A DNA stretch of 64,000 nucleotides, the filler included, from Circinaria calcarea (lineage: Eukaryota), in assembly GCA_051942165.1 (NCBI GenBank). It is 7 parts of 7 records of this genome, joined end to end, with 100 filler letters (N's around TTAATTAATTAA, not from the genome) between each part and the next. Parts side by side here need not be neighbours in the genome. Positions count along the whole stretch, not along the records: positions 9,174 to 18,244 come from JAVECS010000989.1; positions 18,345 to 27,412 come from JAVECS010000990.1; 5 more parts are not named here. One strand, given 5' to 3'. The notes beneath the pieces are model-generated. The model worked only from the letters and a program-made list of their open reading frames with translations. It was not told the origin of the DNA and ran no database searches. Of this stretch, positions 13,901 to 25,692 are shown one piece after another. Every line of letters starts with the position of its first letter. Within the stretch, counting starts at the first letter, position 1. Made by a program: the position numbers and the translations under genes.

Positions 13901-14021
13901 CATCACGTAATGGTCCCCCATGTCTAAGATTCTGCAATTCGGGTGATGGCTGATGGCGAGCGACGCAACAGAGTAGACCAGGCATTGTCAATAGAAAGAG
14001 ACGGTGGACCTGAGATATCAA
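10986..14021 (-). CDS. Large Ser/Arg-rich, probably disordered hypothetical protein (true start probably the Met of MPGLLCC)
   Basis: Uninterrupted 1011-codon ORF with no recognisable catalytic motif. Confidence 0.7.
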   Translation of the reverse strand: MISQVHRLFLLTMPGLLCCVARHQPSPELQNLRHGGPLRDDRLVRSTLPNALDTAQSSKSDEEVQEIRKIFASSTTEIGNQEPSRSSAHDDWRGSNSRLSHAIRQRFSRDSGLSRRSSKKELRSMPRQDEIERRNESRQTLPKQVQEDILDDRTASQGGYDTDAEMIATPRAMSGRSGGAIKTSPQRLSNIIKQRESLNSMHNQQDRTDISVHRLHMSSGTVVHEKQDNDEPVFRDQDHWEDSNQQPSPAVRPDDGRHLPNSSEIGRDIISMPANASPKMGLQAFDIVVRRTRSTGSMMQKTARAGSFHVVEIPLAPDLLPLRLPSITESVQRDWILQAQPIPHESYSVAPLPSNTESINKDTLTNCSANHSAVRSTSWLRGASGSLKPSEHWGKEKGGTLDDQSHSTRNESRCDPITEELKFGGLDGDGTSDAVPQPTIDFGHTSSKAPNSFMSNGGQPDNDVHILQPRPSRSLLLGASMPQLEARAKHERGKSTGDESMKSLNQSVLEHRRYPSGQADSFFSQKYGFVPKDNASSVYTSRVGSLLSSPSNSFIRVPRPLGNFQGPLDSLESELMRRRTTDTSSIQSSSESNWDQEPGATESRILPRVKSSSLPRGSRFQEVYETQSKYDTRHGGNPLLAVRNNAKRAYSSYNGNEEWYSAGTRSGYGYGFLTGGNEDATNVWERTLKAHAKEASSILNGDAEKGAHKYSIKNRTHTRRVQSSPPLMITKTPSILMNMSGEINQIGRDEVVADTNRVAVKVQRLPNQSTRSLDSWSRFPSHSRASRSATPAGKADSVEARDFVTDSFRVEGGGDRKRRVSLLGRKKSRSMTFGKNLVKSWRRLYTSRSFDLRRFERGFRSSVSMGGELKLPELEVLPPLSPLPSLDEQRNSAQFTGSDGAFTSIASREGTVYSRDDEITGRSANIWSKLYEDCVSYPRDNEEASVREVPMSQLQGLSFPAPSGPRSLREISSNSGANMRDSTLDFQKSLQAHELKAREEALQAAEQAWTS

Positions 14022-14844
14022 GAAGCGGGCTCCAAAATGATAGTCAGGATAGTAGCAAGTGTTCCTCCTCTCGAATATACCGACGGCTCAATTTAAAACC
14101 AGGTAACTATGTTTACCTTGACGCTTAGTGAGAATAACATAGTAATATTGGAGCGCTCACCCGTATAATGTTGCCCAATAACCCCAGCAAAAGATCGACC
14201 AGAGTGAGAGCCGAGCCCAGTAGTTAGATATGTATCAATGCATGAAGTCTGCTCTGCTGTCTCTTGACAGCGTAACCAAGAATCCAAGAAGGCGACCGGA
14301 CAGAGCAGACAAGCGAAGAGTAATCACAGCAAAGGAGTATTCTCAATCAGACGAGATAAACAATTTTCGGTTCATACACGTAAGAAATGAAAATCCTGCG
14401 CTGTAAAGGAAGGCGCCATTGGTGCAAATCCTGAACGATCAGGTATAAGTCGCTGCTGCTTTGGTTGTGTGGGTTTGGGGCTACAATCTGACATTGGCAG
14501 GAGCGGACATGTGTGAAAAGTATCAGCAAACGTTCACGAGCAGTAAGACAAAGTAACGAAGGATGTTTTGAATTGGTTAGAATGTCGCTATTTAAATACT
14601 CCTTGAGCTATAAATCAGAGCCGTCTGAACCCTGTTGAATATGGGACCAGCCTGTGGCATTTCCGCCATGCAATGTTGAACGCTACAAGTCTATGGAGCT
14701 TTTAGTCAACCGAGTTTTCGCACTCATCATACCTCGTTTGCTAGTGAACGCCGATGTTGAGATCGAGACCTTTGAAATGCAATCATCGAGTCATGCTGTT
14801 GAACATTTCGTCGTTATGCATTCAGACTAAGCCGCTGGACTCGC

Positions 14845-17346
14845 TTAAGAGGTCTTGTTGTATTTTGCGCGGTAGAACTTAGCTGCATTCACCATGTTGG
14901 TCAAGGCAGCCTTCGTTTCCTTCCATTGACGAGTCTTTAGACCGCAATCGGGATCGATCCAGAGTTGATCTGGCTTGAGGTACTGAAGCATCTCCTCGAT
15001 TCTGTCTTTAATTTCCTGTTCACCCGGTATACGCGGCGAATGGATGTCATATACACCGGGACCGATGTGACGCGGATAGGCTTCATCTACGAAGACCTTC
15101 AGCAACTTGGCGTCCGATTTGCTGTTTTCTATGCTGAGAACATCAGCGTCCAGCGCCGCAATGGCGTGGAAGAAGTCTTGAAATTCGGAGTAGCAAAAGT
15201 GGGAGTGGACTTGAGTGGAGTCTTTAACACCAGCAGTAGAAAGGCGGAATGACTTGACCGCCCAGGATAAGTAATTCTCACGTTCCAAGCCTGCACGTAA
15301 CGGGAGACCTTCGCGAAGGGCTGGCTCATCAACTTGGATCACATAGATGCCTGCCGATTCTAAATCTATAACCTCGTCCCGGAGTGCCAAGGCGAGTTGC
15401 TCAGCCTGTACTGATAGGTGAATATCGTCGCGCGGGAAAGACCAACGAAGACAGGTAATTGGCCCTGTGAGCATACCCTTCATAGGCTTCTTTGAGACGG
15501 ATGCGGCATATTTGGATTCTTTGACAGTCATCGGGGCTGGTCGAGAGATATCGCCGACGATGATGGGAGGGCGTACACATCGAGACCCGTAACTTTGGAC
15601 CCACCCGTGAGTTGTGAAGACATACCCGGTCAATCGCTCGCCAAAGTACTGGACCATGTCATTACGTTCTGGCTCTCCATGTACATAGACGTCAAGGTCA
15701 AGCTCGTCTTGAATCTTGACAACATCGTCAATCTCCTTCTCGATAAACTTCTCATACTCCTCGTTAGTAATCTCGCCCTTGGTAAATCGGTTCCTTTGTA
15801 TTCTGATTTCTTTGGTTTGTGGAAATGATCCAATCGTTGTGGTAGGGAAAAGGGGGAGCTTGAGCGATTTTTGCTGCTGTGCTATTCGAATTGGGAAGGG
15901 AGATTTCCGGTTACACATCTCTTCTGTAACCTTGGATTGTCGATCTTTGACCGTAGGGTCATTTGTACGCTTCGAGCTTGCACGAGCTTGCATCGATTTC
16001 GCGTTGGCTTCGATATCCTCACGAACAGCAGCTGGACCCTCGGTCACAGCCTTTGCGATGATTGAGAGTTCGTGGGTCTTCTCTACGGCAAAGCTGAACC
16101 AATCCCTAACTTCCGAGTCGAGTTTCTTCTCGCTTGTAAGAGTGTGGGGAGTATGCAATAGGGAACTAGAGCTGGCGACAATGACACGATCCTTGCCGAG
16201 CTTTTGAATTGCGGTCTCAACTTTTTCAATCGCCCGTTTGAGGTTCGTTTTCCAGATATTGCGACCGTCAACGACGCCGGCAGACAGAGTCTGCTGAGGA
16301 CCGAGAGCACCAATGACAGTATCTAACTGTTCTGGATTACGGACGAGGTCGACATGGATACCATAGGTGCTCTGAAGTGATGACAGGACATCAACATTAT
16401 GCACAATATCGCCGAAGTATGTTGCAACAACCAACTTGGGGATTTTCTGCTCGAGAGCGGCAAACCTCTCGTACGCTGGCTTAAAAGCATCCTTGACCTT
16501 CCTCCCAAGGTCAAAGACTAAAGCAGGCTCGTCGATTTGTACGAACTCGGCACCGGCTTCCTTGAGCTGGATAAGAAGTTCCTCATAGGCGGGAAGAAGT
16601 TTGTCAAGTAGGGTAATCGGCTCCACGCTTTGTCCACGATCAGCCTTGGCGAGAGCTAGGAATGACACTGGTCCCACGAGGACTGGACGCGTGACTATGC
16701 CGGCTTCCTTCGCCTCAAGAAACTCGATAACAGGCTTTGGGTTCGACTTGAGCTTGAAGGTTTGACCGTCCTGCAGCGTTGGTTTAACGTAATGATAGTT
16801 GGAGTCGAACCATTTGACCATTTCCTGAACGAATAATTAGATTGAAATAGTCCAACGAAGGAGGGTGGTTCAATCTTCACAAACCAGACTAGGAACATCA
16901 ATCGCTGCTTCGCCTTCTTGCCCAGGCTTCTGCAGACCTCTTCCCATGGCAAAGAATTCATCGATAGGTGCGAGTTTATATTTACTATATCTGTCGGGAA
17001 TGGCCTGCAATGATGGTTTCATTAGTATCTTAACTGTGCATCGCTTGTAAGTCAAGCAACTCACACCAAAGAACTGTATGTGGTCAAGAACATGATCGTA
17101 GAAAGAGAAGTCATTGCTCGGGATGATATCAATCCCGGCATCCTTTTGAATCTTCCAATGCTCTTGACGGAGCCGCTTGCCCTCGGCGAGAAGCTCGTCC
17201 TGGGAGAGCTTCCCAGCCCAGTAAGATTCTGTTGCCTTCTTCAGATCTCGGTTTACTCCCATACGGGGAAACCCCAAAACCGAGCTATATTGACATGTCA
17301 GATGTGTTGGAGGAACTCAAAATCAGCACGCTTACGATTGCACCAT
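14845..17346 (-). CDS. MET6: Cobalamin-independent methionine synthase
   Basis: Exons: MVQS / LGFPRMGVNRDLKKATE..NDFSFYDHVLD / MVKWFDSNYHY...TTIGSFPQT, HGEPERNDMV, HSHFCYSEF, PDCGLKTR. Confidence 0.97.
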
Positions 17347-17727
17347 GTCAGCAGGGAGGGTAGAGCTTGCGAGCTGTCGGCGGAACCGGTTTGTATGCAG
17401 CAGCTGTGAATAGTCTCGGTACAATCTAGAAGCCCTCAGCACTAGTATGGCAGGAACTGTCTCTTGCAGGTATTTGAGGATTGTAAATATGATCGCGTTT
17501 AAGAGAGTGCAATGAAAATTCCCAGTCTCAAGCAAATTTCTCTGCTATCTGACGGTGGGGTAAAATAGGGTTTAGCGCTATCTAGGCCCTCCGGAGCCGG
17601 CTCGGAACTGAATTTGCAAGGGTATTATGTGGGGTTCTATCATGATGTGATTAATGACTTCACTCTCCGACATTTATTAACTATAAACCCAAGCCCATAT
17701 TCCAATTCCACAAGCATCAAAGTAAAG

Positions 17728-18244
17728 ATGGAGCTTATCAGCTCATGGCTGCCGCCGAGTCGCGAGCACTGGGAGCTGATTACATGGCTTTGGCAGTTCT
17801 TCCCTTTGGTTTGAGCTCTTGCTCATGGACCTTACGCAAAGCATTGACTCTGGATTTAGGTTACGATATTGCAATGGATATTGGATTACTATCCGCAAGG
17901 CAAAACATCCGTGGAATCTCGCTTCAACATTCCAGGGAAAATAGCATGGGCGACAATGGAAGCACCTGGCTTTATAACGGTACTCTACCTGATGTTCACC
18001 TTACCGCAGCGGAATGGTATTACCCAGCTTCCTGGACCTAACTGGCTCATGGCCGCACTATTCGTATGTTGGCCAGGTTCTATAAGTGATTGTCAAGTAG
18101 CAACTGACGGAAATGCTTTAAGACCATCCACTATCTCTACCGTGCCATAATTGCGCCTCTTTATCTGAACCCTAGCATGTCTCCCATACACATCGTTGTT
18201 TGGACATCGGCATTGGCCTTCCAGATCATCAACGGACTTTGCAT
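17728..18244 (+). CDS. Steroid 5-alpha-reductase family membrane protein, 3'-partial
   Basis: MELISSWLPPSREHW... / YYPQGKTS..SRFNIPGKIAWATMEAPGF / IHYLYRAIIAP. Cut by the contig end; divergent from MET6. Confidence 0.75.
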
Positions 18245-18344
18245 NNNNNNNNNNNNNNNNNNNNNNNNNNNNNNNNNNNNNNNNNNNNTTAATTAATTAA
18301 NNNNNNNNNNNNNNNNNNNNNNNNNNNNNNNNNNNNNNNNNNNN
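18245..18344. other. Artificial contig linker
   Basis: N-run + TTAATTAATTAA + N-run. Confidence 0.98.
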
Positions 18345-18677
18345 ATGGTATCCTCTTCTCTCAGTGCATCTTTACATGCGGTCACTGTCCGCTCTAGCAG
18401 ATGTCGGGTAGTAATACATTCCCGAGAGCGGATGATAGCATGGGGGATTTCAAGGCCTTGAAGAACAGCTTTGATAGTCAGGCTCTTCCCCGTGGCTTCT
18501 AATCCGTATAACACCAAAGTCGCAGGACTGGGGAAGCTGGGCTGTCTATCAATTAGCAAAGTTGCTTGATTTCTGATACGGATCACTTACGTTTAGCAGA
18601 CTAGCTAACTGTTGGATTTGGAGCTGCCGACGGGGGATTTGATCGTTGAGGTACAAAAGGAGAGCTTCTGGAAGCAT
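18345..18677 (-). CDS. ORC5: Origin recognition complex subunit 5, 3'-partial
   Basis: MLPEALL...PRRQLQIQQLASLL, then an intron, then PSPATLVLYGLEATGKS (Walker A) and SRECITTRHLLERTV. Confidence 0.85.
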
Positions 18678-18920
18678 ACTTCGCTACGGAGAGATATGGA
18701 CATCGACCTTCCATCTCTAGTCGTCCATAAAGGCCTAGCCCTATTCTACCCTAGTAAAGTAATTCGCGCGGCGCGTTGTCGGCCGAAAGTGGGCTTTCGC
18801 GACAACTTCACAAGTTTACGGCCTCAATCCTTCACGTTCTGCGAGTAACCCACGAAGCAATTTGGTACCGATCACTCGATCTGCTTTCTCACTCACGTAC
18901 GCACATGCCAGCTACACAAG

Positions 18921-19403
18921 CTGAGTAACCAAAACGCCAGTACGAGTGTCGCTAGCGAAAGCGTCAATTCATCAGAACTACAATCTGCGTCGAAAGGCAA
19001 GGGCAAGGCGGTTGACAATAACCCACAGGATATGAGTATGGATGAGGACGATGATAGCTCAGATGAAGAGACCGGGGCCGAAGAAGAGGTATGCCGAATT
19101 TCAAGTTGCCCCAATTGACTTTCTAACTTATCGCTGACTGCTGCACATAGACCCATGAAGTTGGTAAGACAGCTATCATCTGTTAGTCGGCTGTGTTGAA
19201 TGCTAAAGACCACATCAGAGGAAGAGGATCTCGATAACATGGAGGAAATCAGTACCGAAAACATCATCAACACTGGTCGCCGCACTCGCGGTAAGACGAT
19301 CGATTTTGCCAAGGCCGCCGAAGAAGCTGAAGGCGACCTTGATGATGATGAAGATGACGACGATGATTTCGAGGAAAAGGAGGACGATGCGATGCAGGAG
19401 TAG
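18921..19403 (+). CDS. CHZ1: Histone H2A.Z chaperone Chz1 (multi-exon; start uncertain)
   Basis: KGKGKAVD, an acidic tract, and the CHZ motif DNMEEISTENIINTGRRTRGKTIDF followed by an acidic tail. Confidence 0.8.
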
Positions 19404-19995
19404 GGCTACTTCCAAGGTTACTTGGGACATTTAGATTGGCGCATTGTGTGGCCATTACGACTATTCCTTTGTTCTTGCCTTGACAATACCAAGTATGGGT
19501 TTCAGGGGTTGAAAACAGTAGACAAAAGTAACTACCAGTTGCTAGATGGTGGCGAAACCTGAGCATGAACAATACTCTGTATCCGACGGGGGTGATGTCT
19601 GTGGACTGGCATTTGGGAGGCTGTCATTAAAGCAGGAGTTTCAAAAGCAAGACCTCATCACTTTACTTTGAGCTCTGCGTATCATTGCTTCAAGGCATCG
19701 ACTACATTCCCAATCGCAATTTACCAAAAGTTCAGTATCTGACTGTCACTCTCAGCATAAACTTTTGCATTCCAGCAGTGAAAGTAGAACAAACAATATC
19801 ATCTGCCACAATAAACTCCTTGACTATCTATTCAGTTTGTATGGCCAGCAAAGTCGCAATGTTTTAACATGGAGGTTCCACGGAATTGCCCAGAATTCAC
19901 CCGGTCAATCATCGGCAAAAGGCGCGTCACCAGCGTAGCGTTCCAAAATCTGTAAAGAACACCGTTTCCTGCATAAAGGGACTTTAACTAGAATT

Positions 19996-20755
19996 ATGGC
20001 ATCAAGGTAGGCAATTTTGGCACGGCGGTGGTCTACGTATACAGGGCTTACATGTATATGTTGCACGACTTGCAGATTTGGTCCATCTGCCCTCCATCAA
20101 CGAGATCCCCGTTCCGCCCTTTTCGAGAATTACACCGGCGACCGGAACAGTCGTCCAAACAGTCAATCGCCAGCGCGATTGACCGGAGGGTATGGCTACA
20201 ATGGCGCAAGTGGGAGTGGCGGCGTGAATGGGGGTTTCAGACCGGCGACGCCGAATAGGAAGTCAGTCTCTCGAAACAATGCTACGGTTATGGATTTAAA
20301 GGATGGCACCAGAGATGCGGTTAGCTTATCCAATGGGCTATGCTGATGAATGGAGGAACGCAGAGGTCAATACAGCGATGCCGTGCTCTCCGAACTCGAG
20401 AACCAGAACGAAAACGAGGTGGAAGGGATGAGTGCAAAAGTCAAACAGCTGAAAGATGTCCGTTGAACCTTCCAGACCTTGTACCACTTCCACTCCCAAG
20501 CTCCAACGAGGCCAAAGAAACCTTAACTGACTCACTGGGCTCACACAGCTCACCCTCGCCATTGGGGACGAAATTCGCGATTCCTCGAAACTAGCGGATC
20601 GAATGAATGACTCGTTTGATAACACAAGGGTACGGTTACGAGGGACGATGAATCGGATGCTACGGATGGCCGAGCGGACGGGTGTTGGCTGGAGGGTTTG
20701 GCTAGGGTTCTTCGCCGCCGTTGTAGTGTTGTTTTGGTATGTTTGGCTGTTTTGA
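19996..20755 (+). CDS. BET1: ER-Golgi SNARE Bet1 (multi-exon)
   Basis: MASRFGPSALHQRDPRSALF..FRPATPN / YSDAVLSELENQNE..MSAKVKQLKD / LTLAIGDEIRDS..RLRGTMNRMLRMAERTGVGW, then a C-terminal TM helix. Confidence 0.88.
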
Positions 20756-22109
20756 TGAGGAGTGGTTGGGAAAAGATTACGGATTTTCTGGCATACTATG
20801 GCTGTATTAGGAGTTTGGAAGTGTATGATGGGATGTATCCGAGTGCATGAATGGTTCTGGGAGTTGAGGTGTTTGGCGAAGACATCACTTGTCTATGGCG
20901 AGGGGGGAAGGAGTTTGGAGATTCATCTGTGTGTGTCAAGGGCTGGGGATCTTGGTTGACGCTTCTAGCCTCCTATTTCACTAGTGATCCGACTTGATTC
21001 CAAGACTCCACGGCTGCGTGTCCCGTGTTGGGTTGTTCAGCACCTCCAGAAGGCGGGAACATTCTTGGTCCTCACCAAGGTGGGCAGCTTTGCGTTAGGT
21101 AGCAACAATCATAACTACATACACATACAGAGGTCTTGTAATTAGAGTGATCTTCTTTTTGCTCGCCATCAACCGTTCCACAATCTGTGGTATCTTTAGC
21201 AAAGGAACTCTGTAACGCTTCTGCCATCCTAAATTGGGCAAATGGTATAGGATGCTGCTGACCAAGTTAGCCTTGGAAACCACCACGATCTTGCCGTTTC
21301 TGATAACTAGGCATCCGCAGACTAATGTTAGGGTTAGGAAGGTCTTCCAGGGTTCCTTCAGAGGCCGCCTATTTAGGGATTGAGCTAATTAATAATCTCT
21401 GGCTAGTTAATCAAATAATTGTTTTTTTGAGTCTCCTCCATCACATACAACCATAAACTCAAGAGAATTGGACAATCTCCTCACCCCTGAATAATAGCAT
21501 CTAGATATAGATGGTTTGAGCGCCGCTTCATGATGCCTTTGTGCTATTATATGAACGGGTCGTATTGTGTTCCTAGGTAGCTTTCCATCGCTCTTTTTAT
21601 ATGGTTTATTCTTGAGCTTCATTAAACCGTTGCTGCCTACTGTGTGTTGTGTCTCATGTTTCAGCCATGTCGCTCACGATCGCAGAATACTGCGATGATC
21701 GGATACTTTCTACAGCTGCTGCTTTGGCAGACCGAACTGTGCCACCCTAGTTCCATAACGCCTACTATGAAGTAAGTACGCCACTTATTACCTTGTTCCT
21801 TGGGTATAAAAAACTTACCTGAAATGTTAAGGGAGGAAAGATGTATTGAAGAAGGAAATGGCCGATCTAGGTGTATACATATAACATGTATACCACGAAC
21901 TTGTGAATGTGGGATACAGCATCCGAGATTGGAAGGTAGCAGGTCTATGTTTCTTGATATTGATTTGGTCGTTTAAAGCTTGCGGCGTATAAATCATGAC
22001 CCTTCAATACTGCGTTCTCTTGTGTAACTGTGACAGATATCCGCTGACCACCGTGGTCTCATCTAATATTTAACCAAGTCAAGCTCCAACGTCTAGAGAG
22101 ACAAGTGCC

Positions 22110-23848
22110 ATGGCTGATCGTACGATGACCGGACATCATTCTGATCTGCAGTTGGTCAGGAATGATATCGCAGCTAATGCACCTGAACGTGATCGTTCTG
22201 CAACTGCTCCAGAGGTTTATACAACAGAATGTGCACTTGAGGTGAGCCCAAACTCCCTATCAGATTATGAAACTTCGATTGACAGCTAGTAGCAAGTGAT
22301 TGGTTCTGGTGTTGAAGTCGCATATTCCACAGAACCTCCAATTGTTGCCAATGAAAGAGTGCGGAGAGATGTATCCGACAATGAAAAGAGAGTATCCAGA
22401 CACAGACTGTCAAAGAAGCTATTCTGGACTATACGGAGTATTGGATTGAGCGCTATAACCGTTGCTATTGGCCTTGGGGTCGGACTGGGAGTTACAGCCA
22501 AGAGATCATCCGCCGCTACCTTTTCACTTTCGGTGTCACCGTCAAGGTAGAAGACCATCAAGCTACATATATGGTCAATTTGCTGACTGGAACTAATAGT
22601 ACGGCAAGCGCGCAGCCTTCCGCTTCTGTTGCGTCTCCAGCACATAGCTTTCTAGACGATACATCTTTCGCAGTCGCCGCAGCTTCAGATGGGAATCGGC
22701 ATGTTATATTTCAAGACTCGAGTGGAGCCATTAGAGATGCGGTTTACTCGCACACAACTCTATCATGGACATCAACTGCTTCTTGGATTATTCCTGGAAA
22801 TGCCCGAAACCATACTCCCTTTTCAGTGATTACTCAAAAGTTCGCAAACACTAGCCAGGAGGTAAATTAGCCTGAAACTGAAGATTAATACAAGCAATGA
22901 AATCTAACAATTATATAGGGAATTCATTTATTCTATATTGATACCTCCAATAGGCTTTCCATGGCACTTTATGCAAACGGAGATTGGTTTGACGGTGCCT
23001 ACAAAAGTTATAATATTGGCAACCTTAACGATATTACGACTACTTCAACATCTAGAGCACTGACTGTTATCCCAATTCGATACATGTCAGGCAAAACAAG
23101 CAATGCTACGGATGCATTTAGGGTTTGCTTATTCTATCAATCATCCAATGGTAGCGTTTCCGTTTTACTTGGCAAACAAGTTGACCAGGGGTACTCTTAC
23201 TATAGCGGGCTATCTCACCTCTCGTGGACCTGGCAGGACATGACCAGCAGACTTTCCAGCGTTCGTCCAGGGACAAGATTTGCTCCTCCGTTCGCAGTTT
23301 CCAATTCATGGACCCAATTCCCAGGATTTCCAACAAACGGTACTTTCCAGCCTTTTGAAATTTACCTCTTTGATTCGCATAACTATACCGACTTTTCCTC
23401 ATGGCAGTATTATCCGGACAATAATACCTTCATAAGTAGTAAGTCACCCACAGGTGCTGAAGTAAAAGCTATTATTGACCTGACTAAAGCTGGGAGCGGA
23501 TTCGATATTCTGGGTCTAGCCGCTGATTCAAACGAGACTGCTCTGATGCAAGCATCTGATGTTTTCGTACCTAGTGACCCCAGGAGTTTTGGGCTGTGGG
23601 TGAAAGAGACGAAGCTGATCATGTTCGCATTTGGAGGGACTCTTATGGTTCCAGACAATGATAATGGTGTACCCTCCCAGAAAGCTCCAGCATCTCCGTT
23701 TCCATTCGCACGATTTGCTGCCATCAATGATACTGCATTCTATCTGTACCATCAAATCAACTCAAGTGTTTTTGCAGAGGATATTTGGGACAGCGGGGCC
23801 CGTAACTGGGTTTCCTCTCAAAACATCAGCATATCGATATGGAATTAA
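22110..23848 (+). CDS. Single-pass membrane protein with a putative fucose-lectin-like beta-propeller ectodomain
   Basis: TM segment IGLSAITVAIGLGVGLGV followed by repeats of the DTSFAVA..GNRHVIFQDSSGAIR / RVCLFYQSSNGSV / FYLYHQIN..FAEDIWD type. The fold is inferred. Confidence 0.55.
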
Positions 23849-24323
23849 AAATTGGTTTGGAATATGAATGATATATAAATAGCCATGGGGAGAAGGCTTA
23901 TTAACATGAAGTTTAACACAGCTGATATTGCTTTGGGCTTGGTGGATAGGAGTCTTGAGCTGAAAAGGGGAGTTTTTTTCGGCCAACGACTATTTTTGTA
24001 AGGGTCCTTTACGAATAGTATAACGATCTTACGATTAAGGGTCGGTAAACTGTGCTTAATTGGTTCGCATAGCGTATGAAGTATTGTTAAAGAACTCTGG
24101 TGTAACGCTTCGCGAGAAAACCTTCCTCGCTAAGCCCATACCTCGTGACCTCGGCATATAATTCACCCATAGGGTTCGTAGGGAGTCCTCTACCAGAGGC
24201 CCCTTACAGTCGCTGCCGAAAAAATAATAATAAAAAATTAGAAAACCCCTCACGTAAAACGTTATGGCGCACGCCATACTATGGTTACACATATCAAGAG
24301 CTGGAACGGAGGGACTAGGAGAC

Positions 24324-24423
24324 GGGTGCTCCCAGTGCTCCCAGTGCTCCCAGGACTTGGCGACGGGAGCAAAAGGAGCAGGGCACGTGATATGCTCCGG
24401 GTGCTCCCAGTGCTCCCACTGGG
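24324..24423. repeat. Two clusters of a 9-bp GTGCTCCCA tandem repeat
   Basis: x3 at ~24326-24352 and x2 at ~24401-24418. Confidence 0.85.
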
Positions 24424-24589
24424 GATCAATGGGAGCCACGGGGGCAAGACTACTATATAGGCAGGCTATTCCCACTCTTTAGAATAGCATGCTTATAGCA
24501 ATTTATGAAGTAACAGTCGATACCCACTACGCTTCTAGTAATCGTGCACCACGGAGTGCTCTATCCCTTATACCAGTCTGGCATATCCC

Positions 24590-25185
24590 AGCACCATTGC
24601 AAGAACAGCGTCAACACGGCCAGGAAAGCGGTGAAGGAGAAAGATTAAATAGCATGGCCTGCGAGTTGGATATTGTTTCCTATTGTTGGATCTTTCTGGT
24701 TAGACTGGGATGAGCCAACCAGAGCTGCGCCGGCAATTCGTATAGTCGTGGTCAGAATGTCGACGGCAACGAAGCCCCACAGAATTACTTTCGGTGCAAG
24801 CCACCAACGATCGGCCTCAAAGCCATACGATATGGCCCAGGTGATGAGTTTGTTAAGGCAAATATATATGCTAGCCGAGATGAAGACGGGAGCAACGACG
24901 ATGAGGAAGTACGGGACCACGAACCAGATGATGTTGTACGGATTATCCTTCGACGAGAGCGAGCGGAATATGTAGCCCACCGCCCCCAAGAGGCAGGCTA
25001 GCGTAAGAGGTGTGAAGAACCAGGCTTTGCAGCGCAACAGCTGCAGAACATGCACAGCGCTGCTTATAGCGAAGAGCACGATGGCCAGGATGCAAAGAGC
25101 AAACGAAGGCGTGTAGCTGCACTCGAAGCCTAGCCATCCGCTCGATAGCAACGACCTGACAGTTGCTAGTCTGAGACTTACCCAT
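24590..25185 (-). pseudogene. RTA1-family membrane protein pseudogene
   Basis: RTA1 motifs GYIFRSLS, VAPVFISASIYICL, VDILT..IAGAALVG. In-frame TAA at 24645-47 where Gln is expected; the hydrophobic helix SFSFTAFLAVLTLF continues past it, then similarity is lost. Confidence 0.7.
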
Positions 25186-25692
25186 AGATGATCACTCTTG
25201 CATCATGTGGGACCGTGCCGATTGGGGAAATTCGGGTTCTGAAAGCCAGCCCCAGTGGGAGAGTACGGTGAGGCAGAAGTGGTGGTTGCCATGGCAAGGG
25301 ACGGCAGCCAACGATGGTAATTCATTATAAAGGTTCGCAGCAAGAAACTCCCCTACCACAGGTTGATCGATTGTAAGAGCGAATGTCCGAAGGCCGACAG
25401 AATAGCGTGAAAATAAGCGAATACGCCGAAATCTCCCGAGTGCCACTAAGCTCCCGGATGGACTGAGGTGAATCCCATTTTGCGCAGACTTGATCCTCTG
25501 GCTTTCTGTTTGTCCTTGCTCTCAGCGCGGAACGACCCTGTCCCCGATGCCTGGGCCGGGAGATATCAAGTGCGTCACCAATTCCTGGGATCCTCGCCGA
25601 TCACTCGTCTTTCCCGCCGCGACTCTGTCTGCCGCATTGCCTCTCTCGCTACGCTCATCTCCCTTCCTGCCGTCGAGACTGTAGGTGGAGAA

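Noticed and set aside
21328..21338. TTAGGGTTAGG as a telomeric repeat
   Set aside because: Fewer than two full units at an internal position; expected by chance.
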